Origin: Cenococcum geophilum
Lineage: Eukaryota
Length of the DNA stretch: 64,000 bases
Direction: 5' to 3'
Assembly (NCBI GenBank): GCA_050273025.1
Contig: CP158636.1
Location: forward strand, 4,898,001 to 4,962,000
The notes beneath the pieces are model-generated. The model saw only the letters and a program-made list of their open reading frames with translations. It was not told the origin of the DNA and did not search any database. Each line of letters begins with the position of its first letter. Within the stretch, counting starts at the first letter, position 1. The position numbers were made by a program, and so were the translations under genes. Shown piece after piece: positions 63,347 to 64,000 of this stretch.

Positions 63347-64000
63347 ATAGCCATAGGATCCTCACATAGAGCTCTCTGCCGATCGTAGGGTCGATTAAAT
63401 CGCGTTATAAGGCTGTCTGTTCGCTTGACAAAGGTCTTAGGCCAGTCTCTCCCAACCTGCCCACCAGCGCGCTTCGCCAGCAGCTTATTTGCTATATCTC
63501 GTATAGCGCCCAGAGTAGGCGCAAACCCTCGTAAATCTAGGTCTAGTATATGCCTAACAATCACCTCCTCTTCTAGCTTTGTAAGCTTCTTTGAATTAGG
63601 CTCGCAATCGCGTTAAGCAGTAATTCCGGCGCGTTAGTCGTGTAGCGTGGTTCGAGGGACGTTAAATATTACTGCAGCGCGTTTCTCGCTTTGGATTTGA
63701 CCTCGACTAATAGCTGAGAGGGCAAGGAGGATATCTGCTTCGCTATAAGGCGATCGAGTAGTAATTGGTTGAGCCATTATTGTTGGAAGGTGACGCGGTA
63801 CAGAAAGTTGGGTGGGGTGTCGGCCCGCCTAGTATGACGGCTCGCTCAGTACGGAGGATTGCGCGAAAATAGATTTCTCCTTCCTTTTTGGGAAAAGCGC
63901 GATTTTGGTGCCAAGACCCCACCAAAAATACCAAAATTTTGACTTCGAGCTTGTAAACAGCAACTCTACACTGACTTTTTGATATAATCTACTCACTTAA

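Larger units (their letters stand above)
50634..63852 (-). mobile_element. Fot1/Pot2-like (pogo) transposon F, fragmented by three insertions
   Basis: Left TIR TA|ACGTAAGTACTGAGCGAGCCGTCACACTA is split by G and resumes at 57639. It matches the reverse complement of 63801-63852. Transposase 63777 to 57732: HTH_psq, CENP-B HTH, YNFDETGF, DNGWTTNELG, PPHSSHLLQPLDVGCF, C-terminal CxxCxxxGHNxRTC. Confidence 0.9.

Noticed and set aside
1..64000. Starship captain, telomere repeats, rRNA or tRNA genes
   Set aside because: No DUF3435-like frame, (TTAGGG)n tract or structural RNA was recognised. Heavily RIPped remnants could have been missed by eye.

Overview
Filamentous-ascomycete (Pezizomycotina-type) genomic DNA. 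About 85% is a nested graveyard of transposons degraded by RIP (TpA excess, CpA/TpG depletion, TAA/TAG at Gln/Trp codons). It contains four Ty3/Gypsy families (A in two copies, B, C, E), one intact-ended Ty1/Copia (D), a Tc1, a pogo/Tigger, a Fot1-like element (F), a long-TIR two-gene Tc1/IS630-like element (G), a hAT carrying a DUF3716 gene (H), two MITEs and a 4.3-kb non-coding tandem-repeat insertion. One un-RIPped island (18746 to about 26600) holds a TAP-like alpha/beta-hydrolase pseudogene and a head-to-head intact pair: a 392-aa orphan Cys/His-rich protein and a 1051-aa ankyrin protein with an internal membrane-like block. Matching TSDs and split RT reading frames indicate that 8351-18745 is inverted. 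Undoing the inversion places RIPped host-like DNA, including a CHAT-protease C-terminus, next to the island. All calls were made by eye using manual 'de-RIP' translation, and no searches were run.
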